Source: Cirrosporium novae-zelandiae
Lineage: Eukaryota
Direction of reading: 5' to 3'
DNA length: 64,000 nucleotides
NCBI GenBank assembly: GCA_026023565.1
Contig: JAPETS010000015.1
Coordinates: 62,001 to 126,000, forward strand
This document shows positions 53,631 to 64,000 of the stretch, in pieces. Position numbers and translations under genes: made by a program. Every line of letters begins with the position of its first letter. The first letter of the stretch is position 1. Under the pieces are notes generated by a model. It worked only from the letters and a program-made list of their open reading frames with translations. It did not search any database and was not told where the DNA came from.

Positions 53631-54175
53631 GTTGAAGATTGCTCAAGCTGCTTGAGGCATTTACAAAGGCTGGGGTTATGGCTGTCTGTCTGTGTGCGTG
53701 GTCGAGTTGACGTTGACGCGACGACGCCTCTACAACAAATACACGAGCAAAAGAAGGGCCGCGTCAAAAGCGAAGATTTCTCTGTTGCCCAGAAACTACA
53801 CAACCCTCTCACTCTTAGTTCCGCTGTCCCTTTTTCCAAGTACAATGAAGGCAGTTAAGCCAGCCTTATTCAGTCTGGCACCTCTGACTTCAGTTCCCTC
53901 GTAAGTCAGTAGAATAGCTCCCACCACTGATAGAGCGATCAACCAATTAACCAATCGATGGAAGAATCGCTGAAGGTTAAGTAATTGGATAAAGCGACGT
54001 GGAGTATTGATGACTTGAGAATGGTATTGCTTCGGGGAAGTAGGCGCAAAAGGTTGATGACGATGATTATAAAGAGAAACGAAGTGGAGAGATGTGAAGG
54101 TGGAGGCGATTTCGCTTGGAGGCAGTTTCTTACACGTGACTTATCTATTTCACTTCTAAGACTTTCTTAGCGATC

Positions 54176-54290
54176 CAGGCTCCCAGGCTCCAAGGCCCCA
54201 AGGCCCCAAGGCTCCCAGGCTTAAAGGCTCAAAGGCTCAACAGCTCAAAGGCTCTCCACCTCCCAGGCCAGGCTCCTCCTAGGGCTTCCC
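54176..54290. repeat. Degenerate 8-mer (AGGCYCMA-like) tandem array in the divergent promoter
   Basis: ccaggctcccaggctccaaggccccaaggccccaaggctcccaggcttaaaggctcaaaggctc... Confidence 0.75.
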
Positions 54291-54485
54291 AGACTCTCAG
54301 ACTAGCAAGGTAATTCAATGCAAGGTGACGATCCTTCCATCAACGTTTTAACCTCCACACATCCAACACGTCACACTACATTCAATAATTAACTCGAGTA
54401 TAAAAAATCGCTTTAATCAAATTACCCAAGCCATATTCCCACCTTTGCGCAAAACGTTATGCACTAAACCTCCTATCCAACAACC

Positions 54486-55421
54486 ATGTCTGATGTCCGC
54501 TCTCTCCTCCGCTCAGCTCGCGCATCCCGCCGCATCACCCATCCACAGGCCTCCTACACCTCGGACGGCAAACTCCTTTGCAACATCTGCCATCTCCACC
54601 TCAAGTCTGAAACACTTTGGGAACCTCACCTACAATCTCGAGGACACAAAATACAAGAGAACGGTCGGGCGCAGGCCTCCATCAACACAGATGGGAAAGG
54701 CAGCGCAACTAGGAAGCGCAAGGCTAGTGACGATGACAACGAGAGTGGGGATGCAAGGAAAAGATCCAAGCCTGTAAAAGGTATACATCTTGATGAGGAT
54801 CCTCCTTCCGGTCCAGGGACCCCGGAAACATTGCGGGGGGCTCAATTACTATCCGCGCTGGACCAAAATACAGACTCAATGACTCCTGAGCCTGCATCGA
54901 ACATTCCCGTCCCAGTTCCCCCTCAACCAACACCTCCACTTTCATCTAATTCTGTCACCATCGACGAAGCTGAATGGGCTGCCTTCGAACGCGAAGTTGC
55001 TACTTCCCCACCTACATCCATTCTTTCGGTCCCTCATCTCCCCCCTGCTCTCACATCTACCGCAACTATAACCGCCGACCCCATCTCTGCTTCCGACCTG
55101 GCTACCCGCGCTGCAGAGGACGCGTCCCAGCAACGCACTTCTCGGACAGAGGCAGAAATGGAGGGAGAGGCTGAGGACGCCAAAGAGAGATTAGCAGAAG
55201 AGTTAGAGCAGATGGAAGAATATGAGGAACGTGTCAGGAAATTGAAAGAAAAGAGGGAAGAGATTAGAGCTAAACGAAAGAAAGAAATAGAAATGGGAGG
55301 AACAACAGTGGAAGTAGATGTGGAACCGGGCCTCAATGGAGCCAGCGAGAACTCCGGCAGCGAAAGCGATGACGAGGATGAGGGAGACGACTATGAATGG
55401 GGAGACTGGGGCGAAAAATGA
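54486..55421 (+). CDS. ZNF830/CCDC16-like zinc-finger coiled-coil protein, intronless
   Basis: N-terminal RITHPQASY..GKLLCNIC...LWEPHLQSRGH (matrin/U1-type C2H2), IDEAEWAAFEREV, C-terminal coiled coil and acidic tail. Confidence 0.82.
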   Translation: MSDVRSLLRSARASRRITHPQASYTSDGKLLCNICHLHLKSETLWEPHLQSRGHKIQENGRAQASINTDGKGSATRKRKASDDDNESGDARKRSKPVKGIHLDEDPPSGPGTPETLRGAQLLSALDQNTDSMTPEPASNIPVPVPPQPTPPLSSNSVTIDEAEWAAFEREVATSPPTSILSVPHLPPALTSTATITADPISASDLATRAAEDASQQRTSRTEAEMEGEAEDAKERLAEELEQMEEYEERVRKLKEKREEIRAKRKKEIEMGGTTVEVDVEPGLNGASENSGSESDDEDEGDDYEWGDWGEK

Positions 55422-56109
55422 GATTAAGGAGCGCAGGAGATTTCCTATGGATACCTAAGTTTACGCTCATATAGGCACATGCGGTAGGAGAAGACCACGT
55501 TACTATGTGGGACATCCACGAAAAGCACCATTTTGTGTTGACAATATTTAATATTATGGGCGTTTCCATGATACGAGTTGCGCTCAAGACACTGAAGATA
55601 CTTCAAATCCAATTCCTGTCCAGTGGAACACCTCTGCCATCATCTTACGCGAAGGGTTACCAACGATTCAATATCTATTCTTAAAAATGGATTTGGGAGG
55701 ATTGTGATGGAACGGGGCAATTATTCGTTGGAGAAATTCTGAAGTACTTTTGGCATTATTTCTTCTCAATACTAGTTCCACTTCTACTGGTACTTAGGGA
55801 GTGCTAAAGTTCAAATTTCTAATTGCGCTTGCTAGTTGGATTGCATAAGAGAGAGAGCAACATAGCTGCCATAAAAATCTTACACCAACATACTAATTGT
55901 CCCGCTTCCAAGAAAACAATCCCTAATAGTACCGAGAAAACCGCAGCTAAGCATCAGCTCCACAGTCCAGCAAGAACAGTACTTTCGTGCCTAGCATTGA
56001 GGAGCCTGTACTATTCCTATAAAAACATTTTCATATTACATTCATTGGAAACATAGTCACTTTTTTTGCCACCTTCCATTTTCTGTAGTCGTTCTGCGCC
56101 AACATCATT

Positions 56110-56800
56110 GGATCTCCCTACCCAAACCAAAACCCGCCTCCCTTTCACACAAACCGCAGATTCTCCTTGATTAATCTCAGAGCCATGCCACCTTCACATT
56201 CGTGACAACCGACGCATTTAGCGCAAGTTCGATGCAGTCATCCAAGGAAGGGAGTAACTTGCGGTTAAATATAACCGTTAGCGCTTCTAGAATACTTCCA
56301 TCCAATGTATTTCAGGCTAAGAGGATGTTAAGAAGGGCAGCTTGTGGATCTATAGGGGTTCTCCATTTTAAGAAGGTGATGGGAAACAACATTGTGTTGT
56401 GGACTTTCGGTTCGAATACTACCGTACAGGCTTCCAATCCCAAGACAAGTTGGATGGGGGTAATGGCAACCTCCAGTGCTGTGGAAGGTTCAGTCATAAT
56501 GATGGGTAAGGCAAAATCAGAATCAGCTTGTGAAGAATAATACATAGATAGAAGAGATGTAAAGCTAGGGAAACAGAGAATTAATGCCAAAACTAGACAA
56601 ATAAACAAGAGTATAAATATGTACTAGGATTGATAACAGAATAGAATACGAAATGCCATGACTAGTAGAAATTCAGATGACAGATGCAGAGAACTAGGAG
56701 CAGCCGTTCATTAAGTGACGATGGTAATGACAACCTGAAATAGGGATAAGTTAAAAAGGGTTTTGGATGATATACATTACCGATGGGCTATTCGACTTGA
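56110..56800 (-). pseudogene. Probable disrupted spliced gene of unknown family
   Basis: Protein-like frame DFALPIIMTEP...FLKWRTPIDPQAALLNILLA* continues in frame for about 44 codons past the TGA. Intron-like gtacat...ttccctag and ...tttcag upstream. Confidence 0.4.
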
Positions 56801-57786
56801 GTAAGACTAAATTGAGGATGTTGTTGTAGTATTTGGGGAGGTGAAATGATGATGGCTTATCCCGTCGTGCCAGTTTAGACTATATCATAGCGGGAGGGGT
56901 GTGGAAATAGTCGGAACTAGGAGTCCTTTTCGATGCCACCGTACAACCAAGTTTCAAAGTTGTATAAATTATAAATTACATATATCTAACTTACCCTTCC
57001 CTTTCTTAACCATGAATTTCTACATAATATTAAATGATTTACTCTACATCACCTCCTCTTTCAAGAAATTTCCCCGCATTTTTCTTCGCTCTTTGTTTAG
57101 TGGCCTTTTATTAGCCGGGTTATGTATTGTGGCCAGGGATCCCTTGACCTTGACCATGGCATCAATTGCGATTGTGGTTGACAGGGATAGTGACAAGGAT
57201 GCATATAAAGGAGATAGTTTACAAGTATTGTTGTGTACCTACCTTGGTCTTGAGTCGATCTAACTACGAGTTATTTGGGGACTCACTTCTTTAAAAGAAT
57301 ACTCCCTCTTTCACCTTGATTGGAAGCTGCCATAACTTACATCCTTATAGAGTAGTAGATTCATCGCTTTGGATTAATTGTATAGGCTAGAATATGGGGA
57401 CTAAATGTCACAACCCAGTGAAGAAGGGAAACAAAAACAAAATGTGCTGCGTATTTTTTTAGAGACGCTTGGGTCTTGGACTTGTGTGTAGTGTTGATTA
57501 CTCCTTTATGCTGATTTTTATTTTATTTTCTGTCTGCTTTTGAAATGATTGTTTATTTACTGCAATTCTCTGAGAACGAAAGAAAGATTGTGCCACGTAT
57601 ATATACTCCCCCTTTTTTTTCTCCTTCTATGTGATGTAGAACAAAACTACATGATGAAATAGAAATTTTTCGAGGATATGTGGCTTTTCGGTTTGGATGG
57701 GAGGCTCCATTGTCTGCGCCAGGGGACAATAAGATCACTCCATCAGACGTTCCGTCGTATGTTGGAGGGGCCGATTGGAGTGTCCT

Positions 57787-59150
57787 TTATTTGACCACAT
57801 TGAATTCTTTGAATTCCTTGTCGTCGAAAGACTCGGTTGGTCGTTCCGCCTGAGGTGTCAATCTGGCTAGATGTCGCCTCTGGCCGTCACACCAATCGAG
57901 GATTGCGGAGTGGGCAGTGACACGGTTGTCCCACACAGCAACAGTTCCGGGAGCCCATTTTACACGGGCTTGCACGTCCTGCGATAAAGCCATGTGCTGA
58001 TAGAGGAAGTTGAGAAGCATGTCGGATTCTTCCTTCTTGTAGCCGACAATGTAGCGGGTGAACTGGGGATTGATGAAAAGGGCTTTCTCGCCGGTGACGG
58101 GGTGTGTACGGACGATGGGGTGTTCGTTAGCTACGGGCGCGCGCTTGACAACGCCGCCATGGTGCTGGCTGGTTGTCGCTTGTTCGAAGCCTGAGTGTAC
58201 AGCTTTCAAGCCGTGTAGCCTTTTTCGGAATTCAGGTGATAGACGGTTGTACGCCTCAACTTGGTTCAAGAAGAGAGTGTCACCACCGGCGGCGGGACCC
58301 TCCAAGAGATAGAGGAAGGTGGTTCCCGGTGGCTGAAGTTCGAATGAAACGTCCGAATGCCAAGTGATGGAGTTGGTGTGCTCCTTGAAATATCTCTCGG
58401 CTTGGGATCTATCGCCGGCACTACGATGGACGAGATGGATTTCTGGGAAGCCCTTCGGTGAGCCTGACGTTACATGGGTGTGATGACGGCCGAAGTAACC
58501 ACCAAAATTGACGGCTTCCTGGATTGGGAGGTCTGCAAGGTCCTGGTTACGGAAAGCTGGGAGAGAGAATCAATATCAAAATCCATCTTTATGTCACAGG
58601 TATGTATAGGTGTCGTCATACCAACAACTTTCTTCTGGGCTACGAAGAGAGCCAACTCGTCCTTCCCCTTATCACTCAATTTACTCAACTGAATCCCGCT
58701 GACTTCAGCGCCAATATCACCTGTAAGATCATTGACGACAGCATCCTTGGTCAAGAGATTTGGGAAGGTAGGGTCAGCGTCCTTTCCGTGGTCGTAATGC
58801 TCAAATGGTTGAAGAGGAGGATCGCTATTGACAGAAACGAGTTAGCTGGGGGGTGTATATAGAGTAGAGTAATTTCGATTAAGAGTAACATCGGAAACGG
58901 AATGTTGCATCTCAAACACAACCAAGCTTCAACATTTTTTAAACTTCAATATTTTTTCGACTTACACTTTGGTCGCATCCCAAACTGGAAGATAGTTAGG
59001 ATACTTTGCTGGAGCAAATTCACCATCTCCATTTCTCTCTGCATCGGCGTTATATACACTGGGACCGAAGTTGAAGGCCTCTTTGTAATCTGAGATCTTT
59101 GGTTTTGGAGTCCCACGAACAGGTAGGGTTTCAGTAAGAGCAGGAGCCAT
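57787..59150 (-). CDS. TauD/TfdA-family Fe(II)/2-oxoglutarate sulfonate (taurine) dioxygenase, Jlp1-like, 3 exons
   Basis: IGAEVSGIQL, WHSDVSFELQPPGTT (HxD), GGDTLF, HPIVRTHPVTGEKALFIN, WDNRVTAH, RRHLARLTPQAERP. Confidence 0.95.
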
Positions 59151-59932
59151 TTTGGATTCAACTCAAGGGGATTTTCGTCAAATTTTTTCTCTTCTTCTTT
59201 TGTTCTGGCAATGCCTTGTTTGTTACGATCAAACTCTCATATTTATGTATCTGCCTGTCCTACAATCCTTGGACGTGATTGCGAATCATTCCCCTCTTTG
59301 ACTTGATGACAGATGTGTCACATTGGATGGCATCCGTTAGAACTGCATCTTATCGTCTCCAAAGTTGTCAGAGTTGCCCTTGATTGAAGTTGGAGGCCAA
59401 TGGCATGTGGTCGAGGCGAAGCACGCAATCGCAAGCAATATCGACGAAAACGGCACTTGGGGTACCACTGTACCTCAACCCTAGGATACTCCTCCTGTCA
59501 ACTCTGCTCAGGACGACTCCATAAGCTCTTACCCGGAAACTTATCTAATATCTTGCATTCTAATTTTTCATAACGAAAGCTGATTGTCAATTCCCCATGT
59601 CAATTGTGCCTGCTACCCTGTTCAACGACCCCTTATCGCTGTACGCCAAGGTCCGGTTCATTGCGTGATTATAATTAGTAAAACTGTTCCGTGAGTGGAG
59701 ATGAATTCATATTTTTTTTGCTTGAGGGAGGGTCTTTCGTGGGTTCAGTTTTGCCACCATGGCTTGCACTTGTGAAGTAATTCCACATCTAGAGTTTCCC
59801 ATTTGTTCAGCGTTTGATCCCTGGATGGAGCCATCTGATACCCTTACCACATTTACAATGACGTGCTTTTATCCATAGGTTTTTCTTCGGCGTATCTCGG
59901 AACTTTCACAGTCAAAAAAGTATACAAGTACA
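59151..59932. promoter_or_regulatory. Shared bidirectional promoter of the TauD and MFS genes
   Basis: Head-to-head ATGs about 780 bp apart. CACGCAAT at 59,422 and its reverse complement ATTGCGTG at 59,660. Several CTTATC (GATA) boxes. Confidence 0.55.
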
Positions 59933-61973
59933 ATGGTAGCTTCTCCGGAATATATCAGATCATTCGATTGTGAAGATAGCGCGCGAGAAACTGTCCCACT
60001 GCTCGAAATGACCCGGTCTATCAGTTCTTCGGAGAATGGCGAGAGAAGAAGTTTAGAGAATAAATCCAACAACCTTTCTTCCGGCGAACTTGACAAGCCT
60101 TCCAAGGGATGGCTAGGAACAGTTCATGACGCATCAAGTGATGAGGATATCCAGGATATCGACAAAGGGACGTTTGACACAGCAGGTCTGACACAGCATT
60201 ACCGGCCCATTGAGACTTACGAGGGTATTCATCGGTATGATCCCGAGTTTCAATGGACAGCAAAGGATGAGAAGAAGCTGGTCCGAAAGGTAAGTGTCAA
60301 CCCATTTTCATACTATCTACCAAGAGCAAAGGCTAATTATTTCAGATCGATGCCCGGATATGTACTTGGGCTTGCCTGATGTTCTTTGCTTTACAATTAG
60401 ACAGAGCAAATATCGTCCAGGCCTTGTCTGACAACATGCTCGATGATCTAGGACTCACCACGAATGACTACAATACGGGACAAACCATATTCTACGTGTG
60501 CTTCCTGTTTGCCGAAATGCCATCTCAATTGATTTCCAAAAAGCTTGGTCCAGACAGATGGATTCCCATTCAGATGGTTTGCTGGAGTCTAGTCGCATCT
60601 TTCCAATCATTTATCAGTGGCAAATCTTCCTTCTACGCTTGCAGAGCTCTTCTTGGACTTTTTGAGGGAGGTTTCATTCCCGACAATATCTTATATCTCA
60701 GCTACTTCTATAAGGGTAATGAGCTCCCGAAAAGGCTTAGCTGGTTCTGGGTCTCATATGAGTTTACATCAATTATTTCTGCCTTCCTCGCCTATGGCCT
60801 CTTGCGCCTTGGAGGCCACAATCAAATGGAGGGCTGGCGTTGGCTATTTGCGCTTGAGGGAACTATAACCGGTATCATTGGCCTCTTTTCAGCAGTCTAT
60901 CTTCCTCCATCTCCGTGTCAAACCGCAAGTTGGTTCCGTGGCAAAGATGGGTGGTTCAACGAATTCGAGGAGAAGGTGATGGTCAACCGAATTCTTCGCG
61001 ACGACCCAAGCAAAGGTGACATGCATAATCGTCAGGCGCTGACACTTAAACTATTCTGGTATAGTTTGACAGATTACGATATGTGGCCAATTTACTTGCT
61101 TGGGCTGAGCTGGTTGATCCCGAACAACCTCGCGGCATCGTAAGACTCAATACTTTTTAAAGCATAAAGACTACAGACACTAATATCATATGCTACTAGA
61201 TACCTGAGTCTGAACCTGAAAAGTATTGGGTTTGGTACTTTCCAAACCAATTTACTCACCATTCCGGCATATGTCCTATTCATCATTAATCTCTTATTCT
61301 GGACTTGGGTAGCAGAAAAGACCAGCCAGCGATTCATTACAGGTCTAATCAGCCAGATCTGGGCTCTTCCGTTACTTGTCGCCCTTGAGGTCCTTCCTGC
61401 CGGCGCGAGTAATTGGGCCCGATGGGCCATAAATGTCCTCCTAGTAGGCTCACCATATATTCATGCTGTACTCGTGGCTATAACCAGCAGGAATGCTGGC
61501 TCGGTCAGAACACGAACAGTAGCATCAGCCGTGTACAATATGTGTGTCCAAGCAAGCAACATTGTGGGAATGAACGTGGGTGATTTGATAGACTTTTAGA
61601 TAATAGAATATAGCTAACTTGAGACAGATTTATCGCACTAAAGATAAACCATACTATAGGACGGGCAACAAGGTATTGATTGGTATATGCTGCTATAATT
61701 TTGCTCTTTTTATTGGTGCTAAGCTATTTTATACTTGGAAAAATAAGTGAGAACTCCCTCAGGATCTCCTACAAAAGTATTCTACTAACAGATGATGTGT
61801 TCTAGCAAACGCGAGAAGATTTGGAATAGCATGTCCAAGGCAGAAAAGGACCACTACCTGTCGACTACAAAAGATAAAGGAAATAAGAGGTATGAGACTT
61901 ATTTACAAAGGTTAATGAATTCTAGTCTAACTAATCGAACTACTACAGGCTAGACTTCCGTTTTGCATCTTGA
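59933..61973 (+). CDS. MFS transporter, allantoate permease (Dal5/ACS) family, AstA/Soa1-like candidate sulfonate/sulfate transporter
   Basis: YEGIHRYDP..WT..EKKLVRKID, MFFALQLDRANI, EMPSQLISKKLGPDRWIP, GLFEGGFIPD, GWRWLFALEG, RILRDDPSKGDMHNRQ, SRNAGSVRTRTVASAVYNM, RLDFRFAS*. Several canonical introns. Confidence 0.92.
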
Positions 61974-63050
61974 TTGTACTCGAGTTGGATGTTGGGAAAC
62001 CTTCCTGGTTGAAATATTATGGTGTAGGCTTCTACAATATCGAGTTTATGCTAGAATCTGTCTGTGGTCTCTGACGCCTATACCGTGACAAGAGGGAAAG
62101 CATTGAATAGTCTCAGAATCTCTCCTTTTTTTTTGGTTCACGCAGGCGAACAAAGAATAATGGTCAGGAATGCTGTAAGGGTTACAAGATTTTAAGAAGA
62201 TTTAGATGTTGTAGAAAGGGATAAGGGTCATAGATTTGTATGTCTAATTATTTCCGATAGAATAGAATTTATAGATGATGCTTCAGACAAAGCGAAGATT
62301 GGAATAAGTAACAAAGCAATTTTGATCCAAGAGGGTAATATCTATGTGGATATAAAAGTGCTGTGGTATCCCTTCTGGGGTGGTGGTGGTCTCTCGGGCA
62401 GGAATTTAGGCCATGGGTGCAGCTAACCCCGCTCAGGCTAGAAAAACGGAAGCAACCGAGCACCGAGCACCTTCGAAGGAGCCCTGACCCATTATTATTA
62501 GTGATAGCCTACTACTACTGTAAGTATCGCTTCTCTTTTACATCAGGGTACAGAGAGAGAGAGTGTGTGTGTTAGAGTGAAGAGAGAATAATCCTCTTGA
62601 AATCTTGAAATCTTGACATCTTCAAATCTTTGAAATCCTTCAAAAATTTCTGTTGTTTTCCATCTATTTATTATTGTACTTAGTATTCCTATCATCCATT
62701 CATCCATCCACTCAACCCCATTCACTCTCCCTAAAACAATTACAACTTTACCTGTACACTCGGCGCCAGATTAGGGATTTGGTTGATCCCAGCGCCCATG
62801 GCTGCTTGAAGTCCTATGGCACATCGAAAACCCACTGACATACCTGACTCTTATCCAGAACCGACAAGAAGTGTACCTTCCAGGTAAATTTATCCTTCCT
62901 TCCTTCCTGATCTATCCAAAGCCTCTATCCTCTTCCAACCAACTTAGACTCGCCTGTGGTCCAGATATCTCATTTCTGGCCTCCACCTCATCTACTTAAC
63001 ATATCCAATCCGACACGTTACGATCACACCTTTCACAAGAATAGAATCTC

Positions 63051-64000
63051 ATGCCATCCAGAGTCACTCGCTCTGCAGCGAGACTTGCAGCTGAATCTGC
63101 TGCAAACCAAGCTCCGTCAAATCCACCTCCACCACCGCAAGCCCCCCAAACTCGAAAACGTAAAGCCGCCGCTCGTCGAGATCAAAGCCCAGACGAAACA
63201 TTTGGCCCCGCAGAACCAACGTCATCCACTAAGCGGTCCAAGAGACAGAAGACAACGACCCAAGAGCCAAATCCCCCCCCAACAACCGGATCTCGTCGGA
63301 GACGGGCTGCTGCATCAACGGTCATGTCAAGTTCTGCGTATGACTCTTGAATTTGAAGATTTCATCCATCCATCAATTATGCTAACTATCACAAGGCAAT
63401 CTCCGGACCAAGTTGCCGAGCCTACGAATCCTGCTCCAACTCCTTCCAGTTCCTCGAAACGCAAATCTAGTCGGAACAAAAAAACACAAGGTATTCCGTC
63501 ACCCAAAAAGATAAGAGTCACGACCTTAAGCTCACAGTACATAGACACTTCCCCCAGTGCCCCAACATCATCTAAGCGCTACGCAAAGAGGTCGTCGAAG
63601 CGGGATAAAGATGTGGCAATGAAGGATGCTGATGAAAAACAGGAAGAGCCTACAGACAATGGACGGAATGATATACCAGGTGGTGAACCAAGTGAAAGTA
63701 ATGATGGGGATAGCCCAAGGGATTATGACGATGATCTTAGAGATGACCCATTCGGAAGGAGTCTGTTAGGGGGTCCTGGGAGACATGCATCTGGTTTGTC
63801 AAGCACATTGCGTGCTTTGAGTGGCATGATGGCCAGTGCAAGCTCTCGGCTTCGTGATATTCTAAACAATTTGAGACAGAAAGAGGACCCTTCTGTCCAG
63901 CTCATTGCATTAACTGATCTATCAGAGCTACTTCTCATCTCATCAGAAGACAATCTTTCTGGTCAATTCCCGACAGACCAATTCATCAAAGAACTTGTTC
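63051..64000 (+). CDS. UFD4: UFD4/TRIP12-like E3 ubiquitin ligase, 5' part (runs off the window)
   Basis: Disordered N-terminus MPSRVTRSAAR, then LSSTLRALSGMM..ASSRLRDILNNLRQKEDPSVQLIALTDLSELLLISSEDNLSGQF, typical of the Ufd4 ARM region. HECT domain not in the window. Confidence 0.85.

Noticed and set aside
31465..58862. Antisense or overlapping ORFs inside real genes (e.g. 31,465-32,031, 44,649-45,005, 51,666-52,139, 53,116-53,586)
   Set aside because: Shadow frames of well-supported CDSs.

Overview
Eukaryotic DNA from a filamentous ascomycete (Pezizomycotina-like): short GT-AG introns with CTRAY branch points and typical fungal genes. The window has two compartments. (1) 1 to about 27,650 is an extremely AT-rich transposon graveyard with the signature of repeat-induced point mutation (RIP). 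It holds nested, partly inverted copies of one Tad1-like LINE (RT and RNase H motifs recoverable by reversing C>T/G>A changes), a 1.56 kb Tc1/mariner-type element with 47 bp TIRs and TA duplications, a ~370 bp terminal-inverted-repeat element in several copies, and a possible Gypsy-like relic. (2) About 27,650 to 64,000 is gene-rich. It holds a PTH11-like membrane protein, an ornithine cyclodeaminase/mu-crystallin protein, an SDR, an Arg/Gly-rich orphan, an aldo-keto reductase, a small conserved-looking protein, BYE1, a ZNF830/CCDC16-like protein, a divergent TauD/MFS pair and the 5' end of a UFD4-like ligase. The most intriguing part is a four-gene block at 41.5-49.9 kb made of two head-to-head pairs: AsaB-like oxygenase / 72-aa Gly-tailed peptide, and serine beta-lactamase-like peptidase / NB-ARC-TPR NLR. 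Its function as a unit is a hypothesis. All family calls come from motifs read by eye, no database searches were run, and exon and repeat boundaries are manual estimates.
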